This document shows, in pieces, positions 9,211 through 19,254 of a stretch of DNA of 64,000 nt. Below the pieces are notes generated by a model. The model saw nothing but the letters and a program-made list of their open reading frames with translations. It ran no database searches and was not told where the DNA came from. This DNA is from Spirochaetia bacterium. GTDB taxonomy: Bacteria; Spirochaetota; Spirochaetia; UBA9216. The DNA lies in NCBI GenBank assembly GCA_963677925.2, contig CAXXYH010000003.1, positions 1,504,001-1,568,000 on the forward strand. Direction: 5' to 3'. Both the position numbers and the translations under genes were made by a program. Positions within the stretch are counted from its first letter, which is position 1, and every line of letters starts with the position of its first letter.

Positions 9211-10246
9211 ACTGTATACTCTTAAATAGCGCATCAATATTCTCAGGCGGAATATCAGGCAGAATGGCTTCATGACTGGGCGATATTATCAGTCCTGTAG
9301 GAAACAGCTTCTTGAGTTCTGCAACCTTTTTACCTACATCATCCGCATTGCCTTTTACAAGCAGATACTGAGCATCCACCCCGCCGCAGAATGAAACCCT
9401 GTCGCCGAATTCATCCTTCAGTGAATACGGATCCATCCCCTTGGCCAGAGCCTGAATAGGATGCACGGCATCCACACCGCATTCGATCAAATCTTCAATA
9501 ATAGGTCTGATCGAACCGCAGGAATGGTGAATAACCTTCAGCCCGTAACGGTGGGCCTGCTCAACCAGCTTCCTTGTTCCGGGCAGAACAAAATCACGAA
9601 TCATATCTGCCGACAGCATCAGGCTCTCCTGACTGCCCAGATCGTTTCCTATAAGAACGGCATGCAGCTTTCCTTCTGTTGCCTTGTAAAAAATCTCATT
9701 GGCTTCAAGATAGAAATCAAGTATACGGTCTATTACCACCCTGAACATCTCGGGCTCAAGCACCATCTTCATAAGTGCTGTTTCCATTCCGAAGGCTGCG
9801 CAGGCATCCTGAAAGTGGGCGGACCATACAACTCCTAGAACTGCCTTATCTGCAGGCGCTGCTTCAACTGCAGCCGCACATTCAGCTGGATCTATATATT
9901 TTGAAGGCACAGGCCAGTCAAAATCATCTATCTTTGATGGGTCGGAATAATCTTCAAAAAAACCGGCTGCAGTCAGAGTCCGTTCATAATCATCATCCCT
10001 GTCGGTTTCAAAGTCCTTCGCAAAATCAAAGGCGGCATAGATTGCGTTGCTTGTAGGTGAATGGTAAGGCAGTTCCACCGGATAAATATCATCATTAACA
10101 GCCTTAGTCATCTCTTCAATATTACTTATTTTAAAATATTCCAGCAGCGACTGATGGGCATCAGGAACCGGAAGTCCCAGCCAGCTTGCCGGATAATCAA
10201 CCGGCTTTCTCTCTATCGTTGCATAAAATCGTTCCAAATGCGTCAT
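9209..10246 (-). CDS. Uroporphyrinogen decarboxylase/MtaA-CmuA family (putative corrinoid methyltransferase) protein
   Basis: GNDLGSQESL, HHSCGSI, DAVHPIQ, FCGGVDAQ, ISPSHEA, IPPEN. Confidence 0.85.
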   Translation of the reverse strand: MTHLERFYATIERKPVDYPASWLGLPVPDAHQSLLEYFKISNIEEMTKAVNDDIYPVELPYHSPTSNAIYAAFDFAKDFETDRDDDYERTLTAAGFFEDYSDPSKIDDFDWPVPSKYIDPAECAAAVEAAPADKAVLGVVWSAHFQDACAAFGMETALMKMVLEPEMFRVVIDRILDFYLEANEIFYKATEGKLHAVLIGNDLGSQESLMLSADMIRDFVLPGTRKLVEQAHRYGLKVIHHSCGSIRPIIEDLIECGVDAVHPIQALAKGMDPYSLKDEFGDRVSFCGGVDAQYLLVKGNADDVGKKVAELKKLFPTGLIISPSHEAILPDIPPENIDALFKSIQ

Positions 10247-10256
10247 ACTAATCTCC

Positions 10257-11423
10257 TTACAGTTCCGGAATATCGTACTCTCCGAGATTCAGAGGATAGT
10301 TACCGTATTTCCGGACCAGATCTACTACAAATTCATACCTTTCAGCACTTACGTTACTAGGTACGGAATGATCAGACTGAACAATGTATCCGCCTCCCTT
10401 GGCGGCATTCATCTTTGTAAGAACTTCCTGCTTAAGCTGATCAAGCGGAGCGGTTCCCCAGTTCAATGCGTCAATGTTTCCGCAGAAACCCATATCATGC
10501 CCGTACTGTTTTCTAAGCTCGACTACATTCAGGCCCGATTTGGCCTCAAGCGGGTTGTATGCATCAAGCCCCATTTCAATAAAATCCCTGTAAATGGCCG
10601 AGGCATTGCCGCAGCCGTGATATATAACCGGAAGATTCTTAGAGTGACAGTAATCAATTATCGCTTTCACTCCCGGTTTAAAATGCTGTCTCCAAAACTC
10701 CGGAGAAAACAGCATTCCGTTTACATATGCAACATCGCCCCAGATCACCATGCCGTCAAGCATACCGTCGGCAGCCTTAATCTGGGCCTTCGCAAGCTCA
10801 AGGGTAAACTCGTTTACCCGGCTGATAAACCTGCCCAGCTCTTCTGGGTAGAGGCCCATCCAGAGCATCATGTTCTCAGAGCCGATAATCCTCCAGCCTT
10901 CCTCATGTCCTTCACAGACCGAACCGTATACCGGAAAGTCAGGATGGAATGATTTAACAGTATCGATCCAGGGAGGACTGTTCCGTGAGACAACTTCGGA
11001 AACACCTGCAATCTGATTGTCGCCGCCCTTGAAGTATCTGCGCTCATCCCAGGGGTCATCAAATTCAAATGCCATCATTTTATCGATGGTATCGGTTTCA
11101 AAATGTTCAAAATACGGCATCTGCCTTCCGTCCCGATGCCGTATGACAGCTTCAAAACCGGTCCGTACTACCATATCTCCGTCGCTGTCCGATATGATCT
11201 CAAAATCCTTGATATGGGGATCCATATTCGGGGTTGTTGCAACCCAGTCGAGATCATAATGGTAATAGGGACTGGCATCTTTCGGGAGTCCAAGCTCCTG
11301 CTGCCACCGCTGAATAAAGGTAAGCCAGAAGAAGTCGCTTAACGGCACCCTGTCGGGCTCCTTATGCGCCAGAGCGGTATTCATCCTGTTCAGTTTTTTC
11401 AAACAGTTTTCCGTTCTTTTCAC
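10257..11423 (-). CDS. Uroporphyrinogen decarboxylase/MtaA-CmuA family protein
   Basis: EPDRVP, WGDVAY..GMLFSP, YHGCGN, YNPLE, FCGNID, GGGYIVQSDHSVP. Confidence 0.85.
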   Translation of the reverse strand: MKRTENCLKKLNRMNTALAHKEPDRVPLSDFFWLTFIQRWQQELGLPKDASPYYHYDLDWVATTPNMDPHIKDFEIISDSDGDMVVRTGFEAVIRHRDGRQMPYFEHFETDTIDKMMAFEFDDPWDERRYFKGGDNQIAGVSEVVSRNSPPWIDTVKSFHPDFPVYGSVCEGHEEGWRIIGSENMMLWMGLYPEELGRFISRVNEFTLELAKAQIKAADGMLDGMVIWGDVAYVNGMLFSPEFWRQHFKPGVKAIIDYCHSKNLPVIYHGCGNASAIYRDFIEMGLDAYNPLEAKSGLNVVELRKQYGHDMGFCGNIDALNWGTAPLDQLKQEVLTKMNAAKGGGYIVQSDHSVPSNVSAERYEFVVDLVRKYGNYPLNLGEYDIPEL

Positions 11424-11448
11424 CGCTTACCTCCGTCCGTTTACTATA

Positions 11449-11485
11449 GCTGACCGCGGCAGCTGCTTTTGCCGCCGCAGTCAGC
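11449..11485 (-). other. Intercistronic stem-loop after the binding-protein gene (probable mRNA stabiliser)
   Basis: GCTGACTGCGGCGGC-aaaagca-GCTGCCGCGGTCAGC with two G:U pairs and no U-tract. Confidence 0.65.
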
Positions 11486-11499
11486 AATGTTCGTATCTC

Positions 11500-12702
11500 C
11501 TACCACTGAGGAGGATAGAATTCTTCTACGTCGTCGATTGTGATCATGTGCTGAGGCAGGTAGCGTACAGGAGGAATGTCCTTTCCGTTGAACCAGTCAG
11601 CAGCTGTTTTTACGGCAAGGGCGCCGTCGCCTTCTGCAGTCTGATATGTAATAGCATAGAGTTTTCCGTCTTTAACGAGGTCCATACCGACCTTACTGTT
11701 ACCGGCTGCAACTACTACAACATCTTCACGTCCTGCTTTCTTGAGAGCTTCAAAGATTCCAAGAGCCTGGGCTGAATCGTCAGCTGCACAGATACCTTTA
11801 AGATCATCGCCGAATCTTGTGAGCCAGTCGGAAACAAGCTGCATAGTCTTGTCTGCCTCAAATCCTGGAGCCTGCTTGTCAAGAACCTTGATATTGGGAG
11901 CGTACTGTGAGAGTTCGGAAATTGGTCCCCAGCATCTTGAGAAGTAGGGAGATCCGCCGGGTGCATGCTGAATGTATGCAACTCCGCCTTCCTTGCCGAG
12001 CTTATCTGCCCAGAGTTTAGAAAGGATTCTGAACTGGCCGAAATCATCAGGACCTGTCCATGCAATTGCGTAATCCATTGCCTTGGCATCCGGAAGTGTA
12101 TTGAAAAGAATTAAAGGAACGCCGGCCTGATTGATTTTTCTTGCCTGCTGAGGTGCAGTTTTTGCATCAAGCGGGATAAGAAGGATCATGTCGGGTCTTT
12201 CATTGATTGACTGGTCGATCATCTGGTTCTGCACTGCAAGGTCCCAGTTAGGTGACAGTATTTTTATATCCATCTGGTATGCATCGGCAACCTTCTGAGC
12301 TCCGGTTGTACATGCGGTTGTCCAGGGATGGTCACCGTGCACGATCATGATAACCTTTTTACCAATTGCTCCGTCTTTGGGTGATTCAGGAATATTTGTT
12401 TTATTTGTAATCCATCCGGCAAATTCCATATCCCACCAGTGCAGGGGATCAGTTTCAGGAAGTGCTGCGGGATCAGCCGGTCTGGCAGGTACTTCGCGTA
12501 CTGCTCCGCCTACTTTAATAAGCGGCTGGCCGTCTGCTGCTGTAAGCGCATCAGCTGTCTTATCAAGAGCGAGTGAAGCTTCAAGATTACCGCTTCCGCC
12601 TGATGTTTTTGTTTCCTGCTGTCCTCCGGCAGTCAGGTTTCCTGCAACTGTAAAAACAAGAAGCAGGGCGCAGAAAAGAGTTAAAAGTCTTTTCATTTTC
12701 AT
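11500..12702 (-). CDS. Sugar ABC transporter substrate-binding protein (RbsB-like, CUT2)
   Basis: Signal peptide plus AGGQQE. Periplasmic binding protein type I motifs (QNQMIDQSI, AGVPLILFN, GICAADDSAQALG). Confidence 0.9.
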   Translation of the reverse strand: MKMKRLLTLFCALLLVFTVAGNLTAGGQQETKTSGGSGNLEASLALDKTADALTAADGQPLIKVGGAVREVPARPADPAALPETDPLHWWDMEFAGWITNKTNIPESPKDGAIGKKVIMIVHGDHPWTTACTTGAQKVADAYQMDIKILSPNWDLAVQNQMIDQSINERPDMILLIPLDAKTAPQQARKINQAGVPLILFNTLPDAKAMDYAIAWTGPDDFGQFRILSKLWADKLGKEGGVAYIQHAPGGSPYFSRCWGPISELSQYAPNIKVLDKQAPGFEADKTMQLVSDWLTRFGDDLKGICAADDSAQALGIFEALKKAGREDVVVVAAGNSKVGMDLVKDGKLYAITYQTAEGDGALAVKTAADWFNGKDIPPVRYLPQHMITIDDVEEFYPPQW

Positions 12703-12733
12703 CCTCCAATTTTAATGGTTATTCCAAAAGGTA

Positions 12734-13762
12734 TTAAACCTGATTTTGGACTGCTGCCAGTTCCTTCATCAGTTCAGGACGCTGGCCGATAACTTTTTCG
12801 TGTTTGTATGCAACATAGGCTTCATACAGAACAACGAAGGCAAGAATAATTCCCGCTATAAAAATCTTTACTTCATTTCCGAGACCGAAAAGGATAATTC
12901 CATTATAAAGAACATCTAGCATCAGGATTGCTACGAAGGTCTTGAATACTCCGCCTTTTCCGCCGGACATTGAAGTTCCTCCGATTATTGTAGCGGATAG
13001 AACATACATAAGTGAGGAAGTTCCCATATTAAGGGTTGCTGCGGCACTTTCCATTGCGAAAAGAACTCCGCCTATACCGGCCATAACACCGGAGATCACA
13101 AAGGCTGCTATTGTATATTTATCAGTATCGATACCGGCAAGCCAGGCAGTCTGGCTGTTTCCGCCGACCATGTAGAAGTTACGTCCCGTTCTGGTCTTCC
13201 GCATGAAAATTGATGCTCCGGCAACAAGTAATAAAGTTATAATAACCCTGGGTGTTGCAAGGGGAAAAATCATCTTAGCCAGCCAGTCAGACACCGCAAA
13301 GGCATCGTCTGTAGAAAGACTAACCGAGTTTCCCCCTGTAAAGGTATAAATTGCGCCCTGCAGCACAGTCATCATTCCAAGGGTTACAATAAACGAACTG
13401 ATTTTAGCCTTTGACACAAGCAGTCCGTTTATCAGTCCGATTAGACCTCCTGCTATAATTGCCGCAGGAACTGAACCGCCGTATCCCAGGTATTCCTTGA
13501 GACCAAGCCCCAGGATTCCGGTGAATGTAACAATTGTACCAATTGAAAGATCAAGCTGACCGACAATAAGGATTACCGTAAAGCCGATTGCAACAACTGC
13601 GTTCATAGACATAGTCCGCATTATCGTGGTCAGGTTGAACACGTTGAAGAAACGCGGAGCAAAGAGAGCCATGATAATGAACACTATTCCGAACAGAATG
13701 TATATTCTGTTTTTATCTACTATAGTTAAAATTGAATTCTTCTTGTTTTTAAGCATCGTCAC
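12734..13762 (-). CDS. Sugar ABC transporter permease (RbsC-like)
   Basis: GQLDLSIG, FIVTLG, TGRNFYMVGGN, ATIIGGTSMSGGKG. Confidence 0.93.
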   Translation of the reverse strand: MTMLKNKKNSILTIVDKNRIYILFGIVFIIMALFAPRFFNVFNLTTIMRTMSMNAVVAIGFTVILIVGQLDLSIGTIVTFTGILGLGLKEYLGYGGSVPAAIIAGGLIGLINGLLVSKAKISSFIVTLGMMTVLQGAIYTFTGGNSVSLSTDDAFAVSDWLAKMIFPLATPRVIITLLLVAGASIFMRKTRTGRNFYMVGGNSQTAWLAGIDTDKYTIAAFVISGVMAGIGGVLFAMESAAATLNMGTSSLMYVLSATIIGGTSMSGGKGGVFKTFVAILMLDVLYNGIILFGLGNEVKIFIAGIILAFVVLYEAYVAYKHEKVIGQRPELMKELAAVQNQV

Positions 13763-14810
13763 GCCCCAGAGATCTCAGAGATTTAGCATTTATACCGACT
13801 ACGATTATGAATATCGCTCCGCGGATCATGTCCTGAGAGAAGGTTCCGACACCGAGCAGTGTCATGATATTATTCATAAGTCCGATTATAAGCACACCGC
13901 CGAGCACTCCGATTATTGAACCGCGTCCGCCGGCAAGGGTCATTCCGCCGATAACTATTGCGGTTACAGCCTTAAAATCGTAGCCTTCACCGTTGTAGTA
14001 GGCACCGACCCTGGAAAGCGAAGTTATTGTCAGCCCGCCGAGTGTGGCTGTAAGTGCACAGATAATAAAGCTTAGTCCGATAACTCTTTCAACATTAACA
14101 CCTGAAAACTTTGCTGCCTTTCTTGAGGCTCCGGTCATCTTAAGCTGCTGGCCGTACTTTGTTTTCTTCATTATAAAGTTCATTACAATCACAAGGATCA
14201 CTAGAAAGACTACAGGCAGTGCTATCTTGTTGAAGAAGCGCAGACGGTAGATGTTGTCAAACAGCTCACTGGCACGCTGAGTTTTTGCGATCATATCCGG
14301 ATAGATCTGTTTGTTGACCCATACCAGCCTTATAACACCAAGTGTTACATAGTTAACAGCCAGGGTCCAGATTATCGGATTTGCCTTGAACTTTCCTACT
14401 GCAACTGCATTTATAAGACCAATAACTATGCCGGTTGCAAAGGCGGCAATCAGGGCAGGTACAAAGCCGAACTGAAGCATCTGAACGGCAACGATACCGG
14501 TCAGCGCCATGGTTGTCGGAACCGACAGGTCGGCATAGTGGCCGGAATAAGTGATAAAGGCCATTCCGACAGCTACGATTCCAAGCATTGAAACCGCATC
14601 AATAATGTTGAGCATATTCTGCGGAGTCATGAAGTTGTTGATGACTCCCAGAAGCTGCAGAATGATTCCGAGAATCAGGAACATTGCCGCAACTGCATAA
14701 ATGCCTATGCCGTGAAAAATCTTTCCTATAATGCTGTAACTTGTTGCCCTTCTGTCTGCGGGCTGCGTTACCTTCTGTTTTTCCTTTTCCATCACCTGTG
14801 TCTCACTCAT
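13749..14810 (-). CDS. Sugar ABC transporter permease (RbsC-like), second subunit
   Basis: ADLSV, AAKFSGVNV, AIVIGGMTLAGGRGS. Confidence 0.93.
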   Translation of the reverse strand: MSETQVMEKEKQKVTQPADRRATSYSIIGKIFHGIGIYAVAAMFLILGIILQLLGVINNFMTPQNMLNIIDAVSMLGIVAVGMAFITYSGHYADLSVPTTMALTGIVAVQMLQFGFVPALIAAFATGIVIGLINAVAVGKFKANPIIWTLAVNYVTLGVIRLVWVNKQIYPDMIAKTQRASELFDNIYRLRFFNKIALPVVFLVILVIVMNFIMKKTKYGQQLKMTGASRKAAKFSGVNVERVIGLSFIICALTATLGGLTITSLSRVGAYYNGEGYDFKAVTAIVIGGMTLAGGRGSIIGVLGGVLIIGLMNNIMTLLGVGTFSQDMIRGAIFIIVVGINAKSLRSLGRDDA

Positions 14811-16315
14811 TATATTCCCTCACCATTAGCCGCGAGGAGAACGCTTTCCTCTGTACAGGCAGCCTGATCCATTTCGTGAATGATATGTCCCTGCCTCATA
14901 ATCAGAACCCTGTTTGAAAGAGAGACAAGCTCAGGCAGGTCTGAAGATATAAGCAGTACGGTAGTACCGTTGGCTGCCAGTTTTTCGATAGACTCATGGA
15001 TTGTCATCTTTGCACCGATATCAACACCGCGGGTCGGCTCATCCAGAATGAGGACCTTCGGATCGAGGGCTATCCATTTGGCAAGAAGCACCTTCTGCTG
15101 ATTTCCTCCGGAGAGGTTGCCGGTAATTCTTGATGCATCAGGCGGATAAATAAGCAGTTCCTTTATAAGCTCCTGCATCCGCTCAAGTCCCTCATTCTCA
15201 TGGTAGATTCCGGCCCTGGTAAGCTTGGGGACTATGCCGGCAAGGATGTTCTCCTTGATATCAAGTCTTAATGCAAGGCCTTCGGTTTTGCGGTTCTCGG
15301 TAAGATAGGTTATTCCCTCATCAAGGGCCTGAGCCATCGTTTTGGGATTGATTTCTTTACCGTCTATAAACACCTTCCCTTCATGGCGGTCATCAAGCCC
15401 TACAAGAACCCTTGCAATCTCGCTTCGTCCGGCACCCGAAAGTCCGCAGATACCGAGGATCTCACCCTTCTTTGCTGTAAAGGATACATTATGGAAGAAA
15501 CCGTGCCGGGAAAGGTTCTCAACCTTCAGCCGTTCCTCATCTGTTGCATGGCTTTCATGAGAGTAGAACTCCTTAACAGAGTGTCCGACCATCATCTGAA
15601 CCAGTTCTTCACTGCTTACAGTATCTATATCACGGGTATCAATCTTTTTACCGTCCCGCATTACAGTTACCCTGTCGGCCACCTCAAAAATCTCAGGCAG
15701 GTGGTGCGAAATATAGATGATTGCAAGTCCGCGATTTTTCAGCTTTTTAATGATGTCAAAAAGCCGTTCAACCTCTTCACGCGAAAGAGCTGATGTAGGT
15801 TCATCCATTACCAGGATACAGGGATTGTTTCCAAGCGCCTTGCCTATCTCGACAAGCTGACTCTCATGCTGACTTATTTCTTCGATTTCAAGATCAGGAT
15901 CAAGATGTTCAAGACCAACCTGTTTCAAACAGCGCTTAGTCTCTTTATAGATTTTTTCCTTATCAAGAAAGAGTCCCTTCTTCGGAAGTCTGCCGACCAG
16001 AACATTTTCTGAAATACTCAGAGGCAATGCCAGGCTGAGTTCCTGGTAAATCATTTCTATTCCGTTTTTTTTAGACTGCACCGGTGAGTGCAGAGTCGTC
16101 TCTTTTGAGCCTATGAATATACTGCCGGTGTAATCATTAAAAGAACCGGCTATTATCTTCATAAGCGTTGATTTTCCTGCTCCGTTTTCACCGATAAGGG
16201 CATGAACCTCTCCGGCACGGACATCAAAATCAACATTGTCTACAGCAAGTGTTCCGGGAAAACTCTTGCTGACCCCCTTCATCTGAAGGGCTATTCCAAA
16301 ATTCTCACTACTCAC
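14810..16315 (-). CDS. Sugar ABC transporter ATP-binding protein (RbsA/MglA-like)
   Basis: GENGAGKSTL, MDEPTSAL, LSGGNQQKV, DEPTRGVDIGAK. Confidence 0.96.
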   Translation of the reverse strand: MSSENFGIALQMKGVSKSFPGTLAVDNVDFDVRAGEVHALIGENGAGKSTLMKIIAGSFNDYTGSIFIGSKETTLHSPVQSKKNGIEMIYQELSLALPLSISENVLVGRLPKKGLFLDKEKIYKETKRCLKQVGLEHLDPDLEIEEISQHESQLVEIGKALGNNPCILVMDEPTSALSREEVERLFDIIKKLKNRGLAIIYISHHLPEIFEVADRVTVMRDGKKIDTRDIDTVSSEELVQMMVGHSVKEFYSHESHATDEERLKVENLSRHGFFHNVSFTAKKGEILGICGLSGAGRSEIARVLVGLDDRHEGKVFIDGKEINPKTMAQALDEGITYLTENRKTEGLALRLDIKENILAGIVPKLTRAGIYHENEGLERMQELIKELLIYPPDASRITGNLSGGNQQKVLLAKWIALDPKVLILDEPTRGVDIGAKMTIHESIEKLAANGTTVLLISSDLPELVSLSNRVLIMRQGHIIHEMDQAACTEESVLLAANGEGI

Positions 16316-16345
16316 ATCAAACCCTCATTCCTGTTTAATGCACCC

Positions 16346-16666
16346 TCAGTCAAGATGGTACATTTCTTCCATGTCCGCCCACCATTCGCCATCCTTTCTT
16401 GTTTCAAGCGGGCTCTGCAGCGGTTTCATTATTGCCCACCATTCCTGGGTCTTTGAATCATCCGCCATCTTCTGCATGTCAGCCTCAAAATCTTCGCCGA
16501 CATATTCAAAATAAGCAAAAAGCAGTTCATCTTTAAAAAAGATGGTATAGTTCTTAATATTGCATTCAGTTATTTTGCTGTTTATCTCGGGCCATGCGTT
16601 TGCATGGTACTGCTTATACTTCTCGTAATTCTCTTTTTTAAGGCCGATAACCTGTCCGAATCTCAT
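16346..16666 (-). CDS. rhaM: L-rhamnose mutarotase (RhaM/DUF718) family; possibly L-fucose mutarotase
   Basis: Y..YHANAWPEI, IKNYTIF, LFAYFEY, TQEWW, WWADMEE. Confidence 0.85.
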   Translation of the reverse strand: MRFGQVIGLKKENYEKYKQYHANAWPEINSKITECNIKNYTIFFKDELLFAYFEYVGEDFEADMQKMADDSKTQEWWAIMKPLQSPLETRKDGEWWADMEEMYHLD

Positions 16667-16689
16667 AACACTGTCTCCGTATTAATCCT

Positions 16690-16717
16690 ATCCTAACACG
16701 GAATTTCAGGCTGTCAA
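16690..16717 (-). promoter_or_regulatory. Sigma-70 promoter of the rhaM-ABC-UroD operon
   Basis: TTGACA-16-TAGGAT with a TG extended -10. Confidence 0.6.
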
Positions 16718-16873
16718 GTTTTTTTGTTAAAATTTTATGCAATATAGCAATATTTTTATCTTGTTTTTACCTTATTTTAGCAAAGATATGTATTTTTAGG
16801 CCGTATTTATCAAATAATTGGCTATTTATAGCGTATTATTGCTAAAATTTTGATAAAATTATTTTAAAAAAGA

Positions 16874-16901
16874 TTGACAGAAACCCAAAGGATGATAAAA
16901 T
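16874..16901 (+). promoter_or_regulatory. Sigma-70 promoter of the LacI regulator
   Basis: TTGACA-16-TAAAAT with a TG extended -10. Confidence 0.65.
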
Positions 16902-16930
16902 ACTGCTAAATTGATTTGCTGGATGAATAA

Positions 16931-17962
16931 ATGAAACCTAAATTGCGTGATGTTGCAGAAAAAGCCGGAGTGTCCCTGACCGCGGCCTCGATGGCTCTCT
17001 CAGAGACAGGCAGAATATCAGATGAGACAAGAGCCAAGGTGTTTGCAGCCGCAGAAAAGCTCGGCTACAAGCGTAAAGAAAAAATCAACAGGATATCCGA
17101 CTTCGATCACGTCTGCGTACTGATAAACGGAGACTACGAATGGGCTTTTATATTCAAATTCATCAGACCCATAATAGAATCCATCGAAAGTGATTTGAAA
17201 GCAGTAGGTCTGAACCTGATTCTCATACCCATATATCACCGAGAAACACCCCAGCAGATGTTTGACAAGATAAAGTCGTCCGGCTCAGGAGCAGTAATTT
17301 CGCTTCACTTCGGAAACGATGAGCTTTTCGCCCGTCTGGAAACAGCCGGGATGATGGTAATAACGGTGATGAATTCTGAGTTTCACGATAAATACTACTC
17401 AATTTGTGTAGATGACTTTCAGGGAGCATACGAAGCAGGAAATCATCTGATAAGACTCGGACATCGCAAGATTGCATATGTCGGCATACAGAGAATTGAT
17501 CTTCCAGCACTTTCAAACGACCGCTTTATCGGATTCAAAAAATCGATGGACGTAAACAGAATTGAACTCCCGCCGGAGTATATATTCGAGTTTGAAACCG
17601 GCCACATGGATAAGCTCCGCAAGGATCTCTATCCTGTTTTCAACCCCGAAAACAAGGTAAAACCAACAGCTGTTTTCTGTCTTGATGATGATCTGGCCTT
17701 ACGGGTAATCCTTGCACTCAAAGAACTTACGCTCTCAATCCCAGAAGATGTATCAATTATCGCCCCCGGTGATGTTCTTGATTACAACATGCCATACATT
17801 CCGCCAATTACCACTATGAAGATAGACACTGCTTATATGGGCAAAATAATTGTGCAGATGCTTATAAACAGGATTGAGAACACTCCCAACAACCAGCATG
17901 GACTCAAAGTTCAGCAGCACCTGGTGGAAAGGGGCTCCTGCCGAAGTATTTCTCAGCAGTAG
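16931..17962 (+). CDS. LacI-family transcriptional regulator
   Basis: LRDVAEKAGVSLTAASMAL HTH and a sugar-binding domain (LGHRKIA, PTAVFC, IPEDVSII). Confidence 0.93.
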   Translation: MKPKLRDVAEKAGVSLTAASMALSETGRISDETRAKVFAAAEKLGYKRKEKINRISDFDHVCVLINGDYEWAFIFKFIRPIIESIESDLKAVGLNLILIPIYHRETPQQMFDKIKSSGSGAVISLHFGNDELFARLETAGMMVITVMNSEFHDKYYSICVDDFQGAYEAGNHLIRLGHRKIAYVGIQRIDLPALSNDRFIGFKKSMDVNRIELPPEYIFEFETGHMDKLRKDLYPVFNPENKVKPTAVFCLDDDLALRVILALKELTLSIPEDVSIIAPGDVLDYNMPYIPPITTMKIDTAYMGKIIVQMLINRIENTPNNQHGLKVQQHLVERGSCRSISQQ

Positions 17963-19254
17963 TCCTGAACAACCCGGGAGGCTATAGTCTCCCAGTCCCA
18001 CAGCCTTTCAGGATGGTATTTCACCGTTGAAATATCCTTCATGATAAGCTCAACACTGCACTTCCCTTCTGTTCTGTCCAGAAACTCCCTTATTTCAGCT
18101 TCTGCCCGCCTGGGGTCCCAGCTGCTTTCGGCAAGGATTGCAGGGTTGGGCTTCCGGCTCATCACGTAGCGATCACCGAAATTTTCAACAGCCCGTTCCG
18201 TATCGGACCAGGGGGAGACTGAAACCTTCCTGAGGTTCGGAATGCGCCGCAGTATTTCAGCCTTGCCGTCAAGAGGTTCACAGCATCCGTAGTAGGTATA
18301 CTTCCAGCGCTTAAGCCAGCGCATATCATGTTCAATTGCGAAATCCCAGTGCATGGACGGGGAAACTTCACTGAATATCTGGGCGTTCGAACAGCCCCAC
18401 ATGTTATGCGGCTTAACGTATGCTGGATCATAATCATCTCCCGGCATATCACTGATGTAGCCGTAACCGCCGGAGCCTATTCTTGTATTGCCGCAGTCAA
18501 GGGAGAGCAGGTTCTGCTGCACAAACTGATCCAGTTCAGCCATCCACGCATCCACCATCCGATCTACAAAGGCGTGAACCATATCAGGCCTCATGGCCAG
18601 ATCCATCATAGCCTCCGAAACGCCCCACCAGCGAATTAAATAATCCCAGGGAGTAAACCAGATATGGCTCTGACCGACCTTCTGCACAGGAATTATTCCG
18701 TCAAAGATTTCAGTCATTGCATTAAAGCTGTACTCAGTTGCCTTTTTAAAATGTGTGACCACCGGCATTCTTATCTTCTGCAGGTCATCCATGTCTTTTA
18801 TCTGGATTTCAAAATGCCTTGAATAGATATCATTTTCTTCATCGGTTTTTGCGACATCGACTTTTTCGATAATTCCGAAGTCGGTACTGTGAATAACCAG
18901 GGGGCATTCGATGCGGGGATTTACTATCATGTCTCCGGGCATGTGATTCCACTGGTAAATAATTCTTCGAAGTCTTGTTTCAAGCTCCTGTGCCCAGGGA
19001 TGCCTGGTTTTCAGCGTAAGTTCATCATCGACATTCATCTCATGCCATGGAATCTCATTTATCCAGACAAGAGGGCGGGGATTTTTCAGATCATTCAGCC
19101 GGGTCCAAAGTTGTGCCCTATGGGAATTAACCGGGTCATCGGCAATTTCTGCAATTCGGCTGCCAAGCCTTTTTAGAACATCAATCTCATCTCTATCAAG
19201 AATAATTTCCTCTTCTACCGGAATCTCCGGCCTGTGGCTTGGATCATGCAGCAT
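17953..19254 (-). CDS. Divergent UroD/methyltransferase-like TIM-barrel protein
   Basis: GVSEAMMDL..RPD.VH, SEVSPSM, YYGCCEPLD, IPNLRKVSVSPW, SRKPNPA. Confidence 0.6.
   Translation of the reverse strand: MLHDPSHRPEIPVEEEIILDRDEIDVLKRLGSRIAEIADDPVNSHRAQLWTRLNDLKNPRPLVWINEIPWHEMNVDDELTLKTRHPWAQELETRLRRIIYQWNHMPGDMIVNPRIECPLVIHSTDFGIIEKVDVAKTDEENDIYSRHFEIQIKDMDDLQKIRMPVVTHFKKATEYSFNAMTEIFDGIIPVQKVGQSHIWFTPWDYLIRWWGVSEAMMDLAMRPDMVHAFVDRMVDAWMAELDQFVQQNLLSLDCGNTRIGSGGYGYISDMPGDDYDPAYVKPHNMWGCSNAQIFSEVSPSMHWDFAIEHDMRWLKRWKYTYYGCCEPLDGKAEILRRIPNLRKVSVSPWSDTERAVENFGDRYVMSRKPNPAILAESSWDPRRAEAEIREFLDRTEGKCSVELIMKDISTVKYHPERLWDWETIASRVVQDYC

Noticed and set aside
9209-11423. Calling the UroD-family genes hemE
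   Set aside because: There is no haem-pathway context, there are several divergent paralogues, they carry H-x-C-G-type motifs and they lack the HemE N-terminal MRQAGR motif.
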